Below, piece by piece: positions 40,457 through 50,893 of a stretch of 64,000 nucleotides of DNA. How positions within the stretch are numbered: the first letter of the stretch is position 1; the number at the start of each line of letters is the position of its first letter. The position numbers were made by a program, and so were the translations under genes. The notes under the pieces were generated by a model that saw only the letters and a list, made by a program, of their open reading frames with translations, was not told the DNA's origin and did no database searches. This stretch comes from Nanobdellati archaeon (GTDB taxonomy: Archaea > EX4484-52 > GLR71), in assembly GCA_019429125.1 (NCBI GenBank), contig JAHYJO010000002.1, positions 2,695-66,694 of the forward strand, in the 5' to 3' direction.

Positions 40457-40563
40457 GGGCTCTTAGTTCAGTTGGAAGAACGCTGCCTTTGCAAGGCAGA
40501 GGCCGCGCGTTCAATTTGCGTTTACCTTTAGGGTTTTAGCAAGAACATATCGCGCAGAGTCCA
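40457..40563 (+). tRNA. tRNA-Ala (anticodon TGC) in the 16S-23S spacer, with a ~34-nt T-loop intron
   Basis: Acceptor GGGCTCT with the G3:U70 pair; anticodon loop TTTGCAA; T-stem GCGCG with TTCAA at 40505-40514. The 3' T-stem CGCGC and acceptor AGAGTCC plus A follow at 40551-40563. Confidence 0.75.
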
Positions 40564-40749
40564 TTTTTATATTTACCAAAAATTACGAAGATTCACCTAA
40601 AATATCATACATCATAAAATCATATTTAAAGCATACAGCTTTATTTGTGATCGAAAGTCATTTTTCGATTGCATCTGATCAATATATTTTTCATATTGAG
40701 ATGAGGTATCATAGGTCTGTATTTGAGCATTTTGCACAAAATGTGAAAG

Positions 40750-43640
40750 CTATACAAGGGATGGCTTGGCTCAACAGCTGATGAAGGACGTGACAAGCTG
40801 CGATAAGCCCGGAGTAGGCGCATGTAGCCTTTGATTCCGGGATTTCTGAATAAGCAACTAGCTCTTCGGAGCATTCTCGCAAGAGAAAGGGAACGCGGAG
40901 AATTGAATCATCTTAGTACCCGTAGGAAAAGAAAGTAATAACGATGCCGTGAGTAAAGTCGATCGAAAGCGGTAGAGATCAAACTGAATCCTTTATAGAA
41001 ATATGATGGAAATGTGGTGTTCGTCTAAAGTATATGCTATCTTCCCGTTTTTAGCTGAAGTCTTCTGGAACGTTGCACTGTAAAGGGTGATAGTCCCGTA
41101 AGCGAAATTAACGAAAGATAGTTCTTTAGACAGAGTATCCTAGGTTGGAATTCCTGGGAGAATATGGGAGTCAATAGCTCCTAAATCTAAATACTCGTTG
41201 AGACCGATAGTGAACCAGTACTGTGAAGGAAAGGTGAAAAGTATTCCTAGCGGAAGGTTAAAAGAACCTGAAATTGTATAGCTATAGTCAGCCACGGCCC
41301 GAAAGCACCTAACGGTGCGGGGTTGTGGTGTGCGTTTCGAAAAAAGAGGCAAGGAGTGCATTTCAGTGGCGAGATTAAGGGCTTAAGGTCCGAAGTCAAA
41401 GGGAAACCAATATCTCGCAGCTTGCAAGGAGAATGGTGTTAATAGCGCCATTAGTCACTGGGATGCTACCTGAAGCCGGATGATCTTGCCCTGGGTAGGA
41501 TGAAATGTGGTGAAAACTGCATGGAGGTCCGCAACCGTTGTTATCTAGTACTCGGGTGACCTGGGGTAAGGGGTGAAAAGCCAATCGAATCCGGCGATAG
41601 CAGGTTCCTTCTGAAATAGGCAGTAGCCTAGCCTGGAACGAGGTTAATATTGGGGTAGAGATACTGATTTAGTATTTAGGCTGGGAAACCGGTCGGTACT
41701 TTGCCAAACTCCGAATCCAATATTGCTGTAGACTTCCGGAGTTAGGGCATCGGGGTAAGCTTGATGTCCTAGAGAGAAACAACTCAGGCTAGAGTTAAGG
41801 CCCCAAAGTGATTGCTAAGTGTAATAATAAGATGGTCAAAAACCACAGACAGTAGGGAGGTTAGCTTAGAAGCAGCTATCCTTTAAAGAAAGCGTAATAG
41901 CTCACCTACCAAGGTTTTTGGCGTCGTAAATGGACGGGGCTAAAGCAATCCGCCGATACTCTAGAGTGCCTATATTTTAGGTAATCTTGTATGAAGGCGT
42001 TATGCTAGGATAGAAGCAGGGTTGTAAAATCCTGTGGACCTTGCATAAACGAGAATCTTGCCGGTAGTAGCAGAAAGTCGGGTGTGAATCCCGATCGCCG
42101 TAGGGGCTAGGTTTTCCCAGCACTGTTCGTCAACTGGGAGTTAGTCGATCCTAACCGTATTCGTAATTCGAGATTCGGGAAAGGGAAATAGGTTAATATT
42201 CCTATACTGCAAAAGTACACGTGGCGACACAAGTTTATTTTCTGACATTTTGGGATAGGTTGACACGAGCTCTGCTCGTGCTAAGTGTTGAAACCTATGG
42301 AGAGTCGTAATGACGAGAAGTAGGTGAAAGCACAAATGGCTTTCCTTATGGAGAGTTCAGCTGGATCCTGGAATCCATGAAAAGGGAAATAATCGGATCT
42401 TTTGTAATCGTACCGAGAACCATTACTGGTGCCCCTGGATGAAAAGTCTAAGGCGTTTCAGGATAATCAAGTTAAAGGAATTCAGCAAATTAGCCCTGTA
42501 TCTTTGGTATAAGGGGTGTCTGTGACCATGCCCTAGGCATGACTCGCAGACTTCAATAACAAGGGGGGCTCGACTGTTTAACAAAAACGTAGCTGGCTGC
42601 TAGTCCGAAAGGATGCGTACAGCCAGTGACTCCTGCCCAGTGCGAGTAGGTGAAACTCCGGTTCAACGGATATAAGCCCTCGTAAACGGCGGTCGTAACT
42701 ATGACGATCTTAAGGTAGCGTAATCCCTTGTCGATTAATTGTCGACCTGCATCAATGGAGTAACGAAGTCCCCACTGTCTCTAACTTGACCCTGGCGAAC
42801 CCGCAATTTTGGTGCAAATGCCAAAGACTCCAAGCGGGAAGCGAAGACCCCGTGGAGCTTTACTGCAACCTGTTGTTGAGATACGGTTTAAGTTGTGAAG
42901 TGTAGGTAGTAGACATCGAAGTTATCACGCAAGTGATAATGGAGTCACCAATGGGACACTACCCTTCTTAAACTGTATTTCTAACCCTATAAGGGGACAT
43001 CTACAGGCGGGCAGTTTGACTGGGGCGGTACACTCCTAAAAAAATATCAGGAGTGCCCAATGACTTACTCAGGCCGGACAGAAATCGGCTGTAGAGCGTA
43101 AGGGTATAAGTAAGTCTGATAGGATTTCGAATAGCGAGAAATCCTGCCGTGAAAGCGTGGCCTAACGAACCCATGTAGCTTTTTATTGAGGCTCATGGAT
43201 GACAGAAAAGCTACCCCGGGGATAACTGAGTCGTCTCAAGCGAGAGCTCATATCGACCTTGAGGCTTGCTACTTCGCTGTCGGCCCTTCTCATCCTGGTT
43301 GTGCATCAGCAGCCAAGGGTGGGGGTGTTCACCCATTAAAGAGGATCGCGAGCTGGGTTCAGAACGGCGCGAGCCAGTTTGGTTGCTATCTGCTTGGAGT
43401 GTTAGTGTCTGAGAGGAAGGTTCCAACAGTACGAAAGGAACGTGGAGCCGTGGCCTCTGGTTTATCAGTTGTCCAAAAGGGCATGCTGAGTGGCTACGCC
43501 ATAGGAGATAAAAGCTGATAGCGTCTAAGCTTGAAGTTCCCCTTAAAAATAGACACTGGATCCTTATAGAAGATGAGGTTGATAGAACAGGGATGTAAGT
43601 GCGGTAACGTATTAAGTCCACTGTCACTAATAATCCAACA
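40750..43640 (+). rRNA. rrl: 23S ribosomal RNA (archaeal); ends approximate
   Basis: 5' region GGGATGGCTTGGCTCAACAGCTGATGAAGGACGTGACAAGCTGCGATAAGCC plus conserved 23S blocks throughout. No 5S follows. Confidence 0.9.
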
Positions 43641-43817
43641 AAGGCATTTTGTGCAAGCTTTGAAAATACAGACCTATGAATTTTACCTTATCCTTTTTTG
43701 GGTGAGGTTTTTTTTGGAGTGTATATAGCACTATAGTGGTATAGTTTTAGGTGTTTATAGTTTTATATAATATTGCTGTTGTTTTTTAGAAAATGATTAT
43801 ATTTTTTGTTTTTAATT

Positions 43818-44831
43818 TTACAACACTATCACGTCTTTGGCTATGTCGTAGCTCAATGAAATTACGGGTTCAAAATGACTTATTAATTTATCTATATGTG
43901 CGTGGTCTATGTCTTTATTTTCTTTATTTTGCAATTCATTTTGGACCTTAAATATTATACTCATTGTCTTTTTTGTTCTTCTATTTGTGTATATCTCTAT
44001 CGCCGTTTCTGTTTTTTTCTTGAAGAGCGCATCTCTTATGGGTTTTATGTAACTTATCCAGTCATTTAGGAATTTGATGGTGTATGTGTTAATATGATTG
44101 TCTCTTTTGAAGACGATGTAACCGTATTCTTTCATGTTTTTTGTCGGGGTAGTGTTCATGTAATAGCTTATGCCTACAAGCATGTTGCCTATTTTTTCAA
44201 GGTTTTTTATTATTCTTGACAGAATCATTAGCTCATGTGTGTCTTTTTTTGTCTTTTTCATGTACTGTGAGTCTTTGAGCGCTAGATTCAAGCATCTAAA
44301 TACTAGGTTTGTTGTCCTGTCTACTGCTGTGTCCATCTCTTTTATCTTGTCGCCTATGTCTTTGTCCTCTTTTATGTCGTCTGCTAATTCTGTTGCCATA
44401 CCTATTAAATGATTGAAGATGCTGCCTGTAAACTTATCTAAATCTATGTCTTCAATGTGTATGAAATCCTTGAAGATTATCCTTTTTTTTGACTGTTCCA
44501 TTACTTCAAAACCAATTAGCCTTTTTTGTACATGTGTTATGACTTCATACTGGTTCTTGTCAAGGTGACCTGTAAGTATTATTGTCTTGAATCCGTTTAT
44601 GTAGGATCTGTATATCTTTGCATATATGTGTTCCATGGGTTCGTTTCGGTCTATCTGTATTATTTCTGTGAGGTTTTCTGTTTCCTTTTTTAAGCAGTTG
44701 ATAGTGAGTGTGCCTGAATTGATCTCTTCAAGGTCTATTTCATCTGTTTTTTTTAGATCATAATGTTCTATCCAGCCTTTTGGTAATGATATTGCGTATG
44801 AATCGCCTAATTTGATTATTTTTCGTTTCAT
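43818..44831 (-). CDS. AbrB/SpoVT-type DNA-binding domain fused to PhoU-like helical domains (putative phosphate-uptake regulator homolog)
   Basis: N-terminal KIIKLGDSYAISLPKGW swapped-hairpin motif, followed by long helical PhoU-like repeats. Confidence 0.5.
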   Translation of the reverse strand: MKRKIIKLGDSYAISLPKGWIEHYDLKKTDEIDLEEINSGTLTINCLKKETENLTEIIQIDRNEPMEHIYAKIYRSYINGFKTIILTGHLDKNQYEVITHVQKRLIGFEVMEQSKKRIIFKDFIHIEDIDLDKFTGSIFNHLIGMATELADDIKEDKDIGDKIKEMDTAVDRTTNLVFRCLNLALKDSQYMKKTKKDTHELMILSRIIKNLEKIGNMLVGISYYMNTTPTKNMKEYGYIVFKRDNHINTYTIKFLNDWISYIKPIRDALFKKKTETAIEIYTNRRTKKTMSIIFKVQNELQNKENKDIDHAHIDKLISHFEPVISLSYDIAKDVIVL

Positions 44832-44975
44832 ATTGATTACCTTTGTTTGGTGTAATATATATTTTGTCTTTGTATATATATTATATATAATATATATATA
44901 TTCTTTGGGTTTCTCTCATTAAAATTATGTCTGAAAAAGTTTTCAGACGTTGTGTATTTGAAATGTTGTGATACT

Positions 44976-45536
44976 ATGGGAAAATATGTGATAACTGGTG
45001 GGCCATGTTCGGGGAAGACAAGTCTTGTGAATTATTTGGCTTCTAAAGGGTATGGGATAGTTCCTGAGACTGCGGAATTGATAATAAAAGAGCAATTGGA
45101 GTCTGGCGGAGATATAGTGCCATGGAATTTGTTGCGACGGTTGGAGTTTCAGGAAGAACTTATAAGTCGGCAGATATATGCTGAGAATTCTATTTCATCT
45201 ATGTTAGGTGATAAGACTTATTTTTTTGATCGTGCAATTCCTGATAATATTGCATATAATATTTTTGATGGGCAGAAACCTTCAGATTATCTTGTTGATA
45301 CAAGTAAAAATCAAAATTATGATTGTGTCTTTCTTTTGGGACAGGTATCAGTCTATGAGAATTCATCAATCCGTAAAGAGGATTCATTTGAGGCTAAAAG
45401 ACTTTCATCAATATTGGGTGAGGTTTACTGTGATCTTGGATTTGAGGTTCTTGATGTTGAGCCTATGGGTTCTGCTTGTGAGAGAGCTGAGTTTATAATG
45501 GATATTATAAATGATAAAAATGAGTTTTTGAGGTGA
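44976..45536 (+). CDS. P-loop NTPase (AAA_28 / NadR-like ATPase domain)
   Basis: Walker A ITGGPCSGKTS right at the N-terminus. ATG follows GTGATA. Confidence 0.55.
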   Translation: MGKYVITGGPCSGKTSLVNYLASKGYGIVPETAELIIKEQLESGGDIVPWNLLRRLEFQEELISRQIYAENSISSMLGDKTYFFDRAIPDNIAYNIFDGQKPSDYLVDTSKNQNYDCVFLLGQVSVYENSSIRKEDSFEAKRLSSILGEVYCDLGFEVLDVEPMGSACERAEFIMDIINDKNEFLR

Positions 45537-45542
45537 TTGTAT

Positions 45543-46046
45543 ATGGTTGTTGAAAAAGAAATCAAATTGGTCAATCCTAAATTTACTGTGGCTGATGTTT
45601 ATTATTGGTGTGAGTGTAAAGATATCAGTGTGTTGAAGATTGTGGATACTTATATGGTGTCTAAACGTTTAGAGGGTGTAATTTCAGATGGTAATCTCAC
45701 AGATGATAATTTAGTGCGCATACGAGAGATTGACGGAGCTCCATACTTTACAGTCAAGGGACCTGATATGTCTTGGTCTGTGTATAAAAAACGTGAAGAA
45801 TTTGAAGTTCTTATCACTCCTCTTGTCAAAGATGTAATATGTGGTTTAGGGCAACCTGCGCTTGTAATTGTGAAAGATAGATATGTTCTTGAGGGTGGTA
45901 TGTTTGAAATGATATATGATACTGTGTATGGTGTGTCTGTTATAGGTAAGGATATTGCGCTATCTCATGACTTAAATGGGTGGTATAATATGATTCAGAC
46001 TAATATATTTGAGGTAGAGGATATAACTGATAAAGGTCTGGATTGA
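45543..46046 (+). CDS. CYTH-domain protein (triphosphate tunnel metalloenzyme family)
   Basis: N-terminal EKEIKL (ExExK) motif and a downstream RIRE...YFTVKG pattern typical of CYTH. Confidence 0.55.
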   Translation: MVVEKEIKLVNPKFTVADVYYWCECKDISVLKIVDTYMVSKRLEGVISDGNLTDDNLVRIREIDGAPYFTVKGPDMSWSVYKKREEFEVLITPLVKDVICGLGQPALVIVKDRYVLEGGMFEMIYDTVYGVSVIGKDIALSHDLNGWYNMIQTNIFEVEDITDKGLD

Positions 46047-46274
46047 TTGTCTATATGTCTTCGTTTTTCAAAAGATGATTTGACTACTGTCTCAAATTAT
46101 GACTATTTTATAGAACTCATCTCAAAATTGTCATGAATCGTGTTTTTTTGTTATATCGTCAAAATCTTTATAAAATTTATAAGTTAACATACATTTACTT
46201 ACTTTAGTAAGTCAATCCCTTTAGGTGGCTTCAATGTCACAGATTTGTGCGCTTTTGTATCAAGTCTTGGATTG

Positions 46275-46542
46275 GAAGAGGCAGAATGGCTTACTGTGGT
46301 ATAATCTTTGATTTATCATTGATTGTATCGTGGAGGAAAGTCCGCCCTCCGTTAAATGAAACCGGTGTGAGTCGGTGCGTGAAAGCGTAGGCAATGCAGC
46401 AGAAACGAATGTTTTTCCGTAAATATTATGATACGTTAGTTGAAGTTCCGGAAAAGACAGTGAAACGGGCATCCTTTCAGGAGCAAGGTATAACCGCTTA
46501 GTCTGATGCCATTAAAACATAAGGCGGCTTACTCGCCTCTTC
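46275..46542 (+). ncRNA. rnpB: RNase P RNA (rnpB), compact form
   Basis: CR-I-like GGAGGAAAGTCCGCCCTCC and CR-V-like ACATAAGGCGGCTTACTCGCC; the P4 strands AAG(U)CCGC and GCGGCUU pair with a compensatory change; terminal helix GAAGAGGC/GCCTCTTC; internal GTGAAACGG-type blocks. Confidence 0.7.
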
Positions 46543-46768
46543 ATAATTTTTATAATATTGGGTGATGTATATTTCAAAAAAAGAAAAAGCAGGAATGCCG
46601 TCGGGAAATGCAGGACTTGTAAGATATTTTGATGATTATAAGGAAGCTGTACAGATTAAACCAGAGCATATTTTAGGGTTTATATCTTTTATCATTGTTC
46701 TTGAGCTTGTGCTTAAGTATATGGCTGTATAGGTTAGTTATTTATTTCTTTTTTCCTATAGTTTTCTT

Positions 46769-47575
46769 ATGGATGTAAATGTTGGTGTTTCTGGTATACC
46801 TTTGTCTGCAAAAGGTTCGGATACTGCTTCGGGTCTTAAAGTTCTTAAAGGTCTTGGGCTTGACTTTATGGAGATACAGTTTGTCCGGAATATATATTTG
46901 ACTTCAGATAATGCTCGTGCTGTGGGAAATGTCGCGAAAGAATTGGGTATTGGACTTACCTGTCATGCGTCTTATTATATCAATCTTGCATCACAGAAAA
47001 GAGAGGTTCAGGAAGCTAGTATGGTACGTATTGTCGATACGTTGAGGATTGCTGAAGCTTTGCGCGCTAAACTTATTGTGGTCCATGCAGGATATTACTC
47101 TGACAGATCTCCTAAAGATGCATATGACATTATCAAAAGCAATATTGATGCTATTGGAATTAAATATCCGTCAAAAGTCAAGATTGGAATTGAGACTATG
47201 GGTAAACAGAAATCATTCGGTAGTGTGGATGAGATTATACAACTATGTAATGATTGTCATAATATATATCCAGTTATTGATTTTGGGCATACTCACGTAC
47301 GGAATTTTGGAAACCTTAAGACTGAAAATGATTTTATGTTTATTTTTGAAAGATTTGAGAGAGAAACAGGTATTGATGATTTTCATATACATATGTCTTG
47401 CATGAAACATGTAAATGGCAATGAGATAAGTCATCTTCCGTTGGAGTCTTATGATCCAGATTTTAGGATGATGGCTAAAGTTATAAGGGATAACGGTTAT
47501 AAATGTTCTGTTGTGTGTGAATCTCCATTTAGGGAGCATGATGCACTGCTTTTTAAAAGCTGGTTAAAAAGTTAA
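46769..47575 (+). CDS. AP endonuclease family 2 / endonuclease IV-like TIM-barrel protein
   Basis: CHASYYINLAS resembles the Nfo HAPYLINLAS motif. VVHAGYY and conserved His/Glu/Asp positions also fit. Confidence 0.55.
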   Translation: MDVNVGVSGIPLSAKGSDTASGLKVLKGLGLDFMEIQFVRNIYLTSDNARAVGNVAKELGIGLTCHASYYINLASQKREVQEASMVRIVDTLRIAEALRAKLIVVHAGYYSDRSPKDAYDIIKSNIDAIGIKYPSKVKIGIETMGKQKSFGSVDEIIQLCNDCHNIYPVIDFGHTHVRNFGNLKTENDFMFIFERFERETGIDDFHIHMSCMKHVNGNEISHLPLESYDPDFRMMAKVIRDNGYKCSVVCESPFREHDALLFKSWLKS

Positions 47576-47615
47576 TATTTAAAAAGATATTCTCTTAACT
47601 GATTATGTTGTTTGT

Positions 47616-47690
47616 GGGCTCGTAGCTCAGTTTGGATAGAGCATCGGACTTCTAATCCGAGGGTCGTGGGTTCAAATCCCATCGGGCTCA
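47616..47690 (+). tRNA. tRNA-Arg (anticodon TCT)
   Basis: Hand-folded cloverleaf. Anticodon loop CTTCTAA, T-loop TTCAAAT. Confidence 0.9.
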
Positions 47691-47796
47691 CTTTTATTTT
47701 TTTGATATCCCAAAAGGTAATGATTTGAAGATCGTCATCTGATTGCGATAATGTCGTGTATGAAGATGTGAACACCAAATGAACCTGGGAATATAT

Positions 47797-48315
47797 CTAT
47801 ATATCTCTTAGTTTTTCAAGAATTATTGATGATCTTGCAAGGCGTGCGCTTAAATTTGTTATATGCCCTGTCTTAAATGCTGAATTTAGTGTGTTTGTTT
47901 CAAATATTTTAAATAGTCTTTCTGTTTTTTCAGTTGTTGATAATATTTCACTATAATGTGTGGCTCTTACAGCACCTGTGCCAATTCGTCCCAAATTACC
48001 TAAAAGTGGTATGAATAATAGGATGCAGAACCATCTTTTTTTTATAAATCCTATCTTTGAGTAGCTTAATATGTAATCTATGAGTATGTCAACTGCAAAA
48101 AGAAAAATAACTAATTTGTCAATTCGCATAATTAACATTTCTTGTCCTGGCGTAAGTTTTATTGAGAACTTTATGAATATTGTCAGAATTACTACTAGTA
48201 TGAGCATAGGTGTTATTTTTTGGATTATTATTTTTGCGGTCCTTAGGTGTCTGCTCTTGTATTTTTTTCCTGTATTTGTTTGGAGTTTTAGTGTTTTTTC
48301 GGAAATATTCATCAT
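47797..48315 (-). CDS. hypothetical membrane protein
   Basis: 172-aa ORF with several TM segments. Overlaps the next ORF by 4 nt. Confidence 0.4.
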   Translation of the reverse strand: MMNISEKTLKLQTNTGKKYKSRHLRTAKIIIQKITPMLILVVILTIFIKFSIKLTPGQEMLIMRIDKLVIFLFAVDILIDYILSYSKIGFIKKRWFCILLFIPLLGNLGRIGTGAVRATHYSEILSTTEKTERLFKIFETNTLNSAFKTGHITNLSARLARSSIILEKLRDI

Positions 48316-48641
48316 TTTTCTTCCTCTGCATATTTTTTGATTATTATATAATTATGAACTACAGTAAATACATATACCAATGTGAATATGAACAGTAACA
48401 TGTTTGCAGCAAGCATGTTTGTGTGGGAGATGTAGTATAAAATAGTGCCTAACATAAGGAGGTCAAATATTTTAAATAGTATGAAATCTTTGTTGCTCAA
48501 TTTAAGGAAAAATTTTGCAACTGGGTTTTCTTCAACGCCTAGACCTTCTTTGTTTACAAGTTCACAAGTCTCAACAGTATCTGTAGTCCAGAGGATTGTT
48601 AATATTACAAATAATAATAGGGTCATAATTGATATTAACAT
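48312..48641 (-). CDS. hypothetical small membrane protein
   Basis: 109-aa ORF with three predicted TM helices. Confidence 0.4.
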   Translation of the reverse strand: MLISIMTLLLFVILTILWTTDTVETCELVNKEGLGVEENPVAKFFLKLSNKDFILFKIFDLLMLGTILYYISHTNMLAANMLLFIFTLVYVFTVVHNYIIIKKYAEEEK

Positions 48642-48691
48642 AATTATATATTAGAACCGAAAAGTTTATATAGCTCTATGGTGTTGTACAT

Positions 48692-49501
48692 TTATAATAT
48701 GGGGGTTATGAACACTTCAAGAAATGCAGCACCTAAGATAATAACTGTTGCAATCATGAATAATCTCAATGAATCATTTATGATTATGTCGGTTTTGTGA
48801 CCTTTTGTTATTCCTATAGATAATATTGCTCCGGCAATTCCTGCTATGCTATATGCTGCAATCTCAGGTATCCCATGCAAGGCTATGCTTGAGAGTCCGT
48901 GGAAAAGGGCTAATATTAGTGCTATTATTTTTGGATTGTTTGCAATTATGAGATCTTTTCCAATGTTACCTATGAATATTCCTACGACGGCAGCATTCCA
49001 GCTCAATATGAATATCGCGCCTGTACCAAATATAAATGATACAAAAAATGAAAGTAGCATGACTTTTAGATTGTTTGTAAGTATGCTTGAGAAACTATAG
49101 GTTGAATTGAATGCACCTAATGCTTTTATTGTCTCAATCTCGAGTGCAAACATAACTTGTGATTGTGTCGCGCTTGCAAATATGTACCAGAATGATGTGG
49201 TGATTATTACTCCTAAGAAAAAGTATGCGTATATCTCTAATATTGTGCCGTGTCTTTCAAAAAAGCCAAGTGATACAGTTCTGTCTTCATTTTCTTCATT
49301 TCTTTCGTCATCTTTGATTGCACTGTATATTACAGGTAGTAATGCGATTGTTGTAAGGAATAAGAATACGACTGATGCTGATGTGGGAAATATTATATAG
49401 GCGGTCCATATTGCAACTGATGTGACTATTATGCTGTATATGAGCATTTCTATGGGGTTTTTTTCAATCTGTCTGCTTGTAAGAATTGATTCAAGAACCA
49501 T
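48692..49501 (-). CDS. hypothetical polytopic membrane protein (possibly SpoIIM/DUF95-like)
   Basis: 269 aa with 5-6 TM segments. Family assignment is weak. Confidence 0.4.
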   Translation of the reverse strand: MVLESILTSRQIEKNPIEMLIYSIIVTSVAIWTAYIIFPTSASVVFLFLTTIALLPVIYSAIKDDERNEENEDRTVSLGFFERHGTILEIYAYFFLGVIITTSFWYIFASATQSQVMFALEIETIKALGAFNSTYSFSSILTNNLKVMLLSFFVSFIFGTGAIFILSWNAAVVGIFIGNIGKDLIIANNPKIIALILALFHGLSSIALHGIPEIAAYSIAGIAGAILSIGITKGHKTDIIINDSLRLFMIATVIILGAAFLEVFITPIL

Positions 49502-49506
49502 ATTAT

Positions 49507-50613
49507 TTATTGTTTCTTGCTTGTTAATATAGTTTTATCTTTTTCAGTATCATGTATGAGTAGATATATTATTGACGCTGGTATTGCCATCAAGATTGGT
49601 CCGAGTATAAATCCTACTGGTCCAAAGACTACTGCACCACCTATAAAACTGATTAGTACAATTAAGATGTTCATCTTCTTTTCTTTTGCTACTATGAGTG
49701 GCTTTGTTATCCAGTCTGGTATGCTGCTTACTATAATTAGGTTGAGTATGAAGAATGTTATTGCGGTCTCTGCATTGCCACTGAAGAACATTATCATGCT
49801 TATAGGTGTGTATATTAACCATGCACCTATTATTGGTATTAATGTTAAGAGTGCTGTTGCAGTTGCAAGGAGTATTGGGTATGGTATGGAATATAAGATA
49901 AATATTAGGTAAGCTAGTGCTCCTGTGAGTACTGCCGTTACAAAAATGCCCATAAATATGTTGTTTAAAGATATATCCATTTCTTTTATGAATTTTGTCA
50001 TGAATTCTTTGTGAGTTTCAGGTACTGTGTTTGTTATCAGTTTCGTTATTGATTTCCTGTCACGGACTCCGTAAAAAGCTATCATGAATGCAATTGTCAG
50101 TTGCAGGATTATGTAGCCTAAGCTGAACATAAATCCTATTATGGTGTTTATTGTGTAACTTATCTGTGAGGAATATGTTTTTAAGTTTTGGATATTGTTA
50201 AGGTCTGGTTTTTCAAAAAGTAGCATGATGGTGTTATAATTTATTGCTTTTAATATTTCGGATTCTATGTCTGTGGTATTTATGTTATATTGGGTGGATA
50301 TTATGTTTGTAGCTGTCGGATTGTTTAGTATTGCTGTTGTTTCAGTTATTGCGACTGATAGGAAATATGTGCTGAATATTACAATTGAAGTTATGACTAT
50401 TATTATTGTAATTGCTATGGGTATTGTCTTGTTTTTTATATATTTCTCAAGTGTGGCATATATTGGTCGTGTGACATATATTATGAACAGACCTATACAT
50501 AGTGCTGGTATGAAATATGTAAGTATTTTCATGACAAAGAAGGATATGAAAAGTATTATGGCTGATATTATGAAGGTATATATGTTATTATTGTTAAATT
50601 TTTTTTGATTCAT
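49507..50613 (-). CDS. AI-2E family (PerM/UPF0118-like) transporter
   Basis: 368 aa with 8 TM segments; N-terminal region LFIIYVTRPIYATLEKYIKNKTIPIAI resembles the family signature. Confidence 0.5.
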   Translation of the reverse strand: MNQKKFNNNNIYTFIISAIILFISFFVMKILTYFIPALCIGLFIIYVTRPIYATLEKYIKNKTIPIAITIIIVITSIVIFSTYFLSVAITETTAILNNPTATNIISTQYNINTTDIESEILKAINYNTIMLLFEKPDLNNIQNLKTYSSQISYTINTIIGFMFSLGYIILQLTIAFMIAFYGVRDRKSITKLITNTVPETHKEFMTKFIKEMDISLNNIFMGIFVTAVLTGALAYLIFILYSIPYPILLATATALLTLIPIIGAWLIYTPISMIMFFSGNAETAITFFILNLIIVSSIPDWITKPLIVAKEKKMNILIVLISFIGGAVVFGPVGFILGPILMAIPASIIYLLIHDTEKDKTILTSKKQ

Positions 50614-50650
50614 ATATGTTAATTATATCTTGTGTCTTATATATTTTTGT

Positions 50651-50818
50651 GGCACAGTTCATTTTTTGAGTGATTTCAAACAAAATGTAGTTAATTAAAT
50701 ACCTTCATTTCTTTTGTAATTCGACGTGAGATGTGTATGTTAAATGGATCTCTGCAAAAGTTTATAAACAAACAATATTTAAAAAATATTCAAAATCACT
50801 CGATTTTTGAACAGTGCC
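50651..50818 (+). mobile_element. MITE-like element, copy B
   Basis: About 90% identical to copy A, with the same imperfect terminal inverted repeats (GGCACAGTTCATTTTTTGAGTGATTT ... AAATCACTCGATTTTTGAACAGTGCC). Confidence 0.7.
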
Positions 50819-50893
50819 TCTTAGGTATTATCTATATATATCATGTCTTGTCAAATAATTATATATAAATTAGTAATATTTATGGTGTTGTAA

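Noticed and set aside
43641-43817. 5S rRNA downstream of the 23S
   Set aside because: No 5S-like conserved blocks are present; the region is AT-rich spacer.
46260-46472. 70-aa minus-strand ORF
   Set aside because: It overlaps the RNase P RNA candidate. The conserved CR-I/CR-V motifs explain the sequence better.
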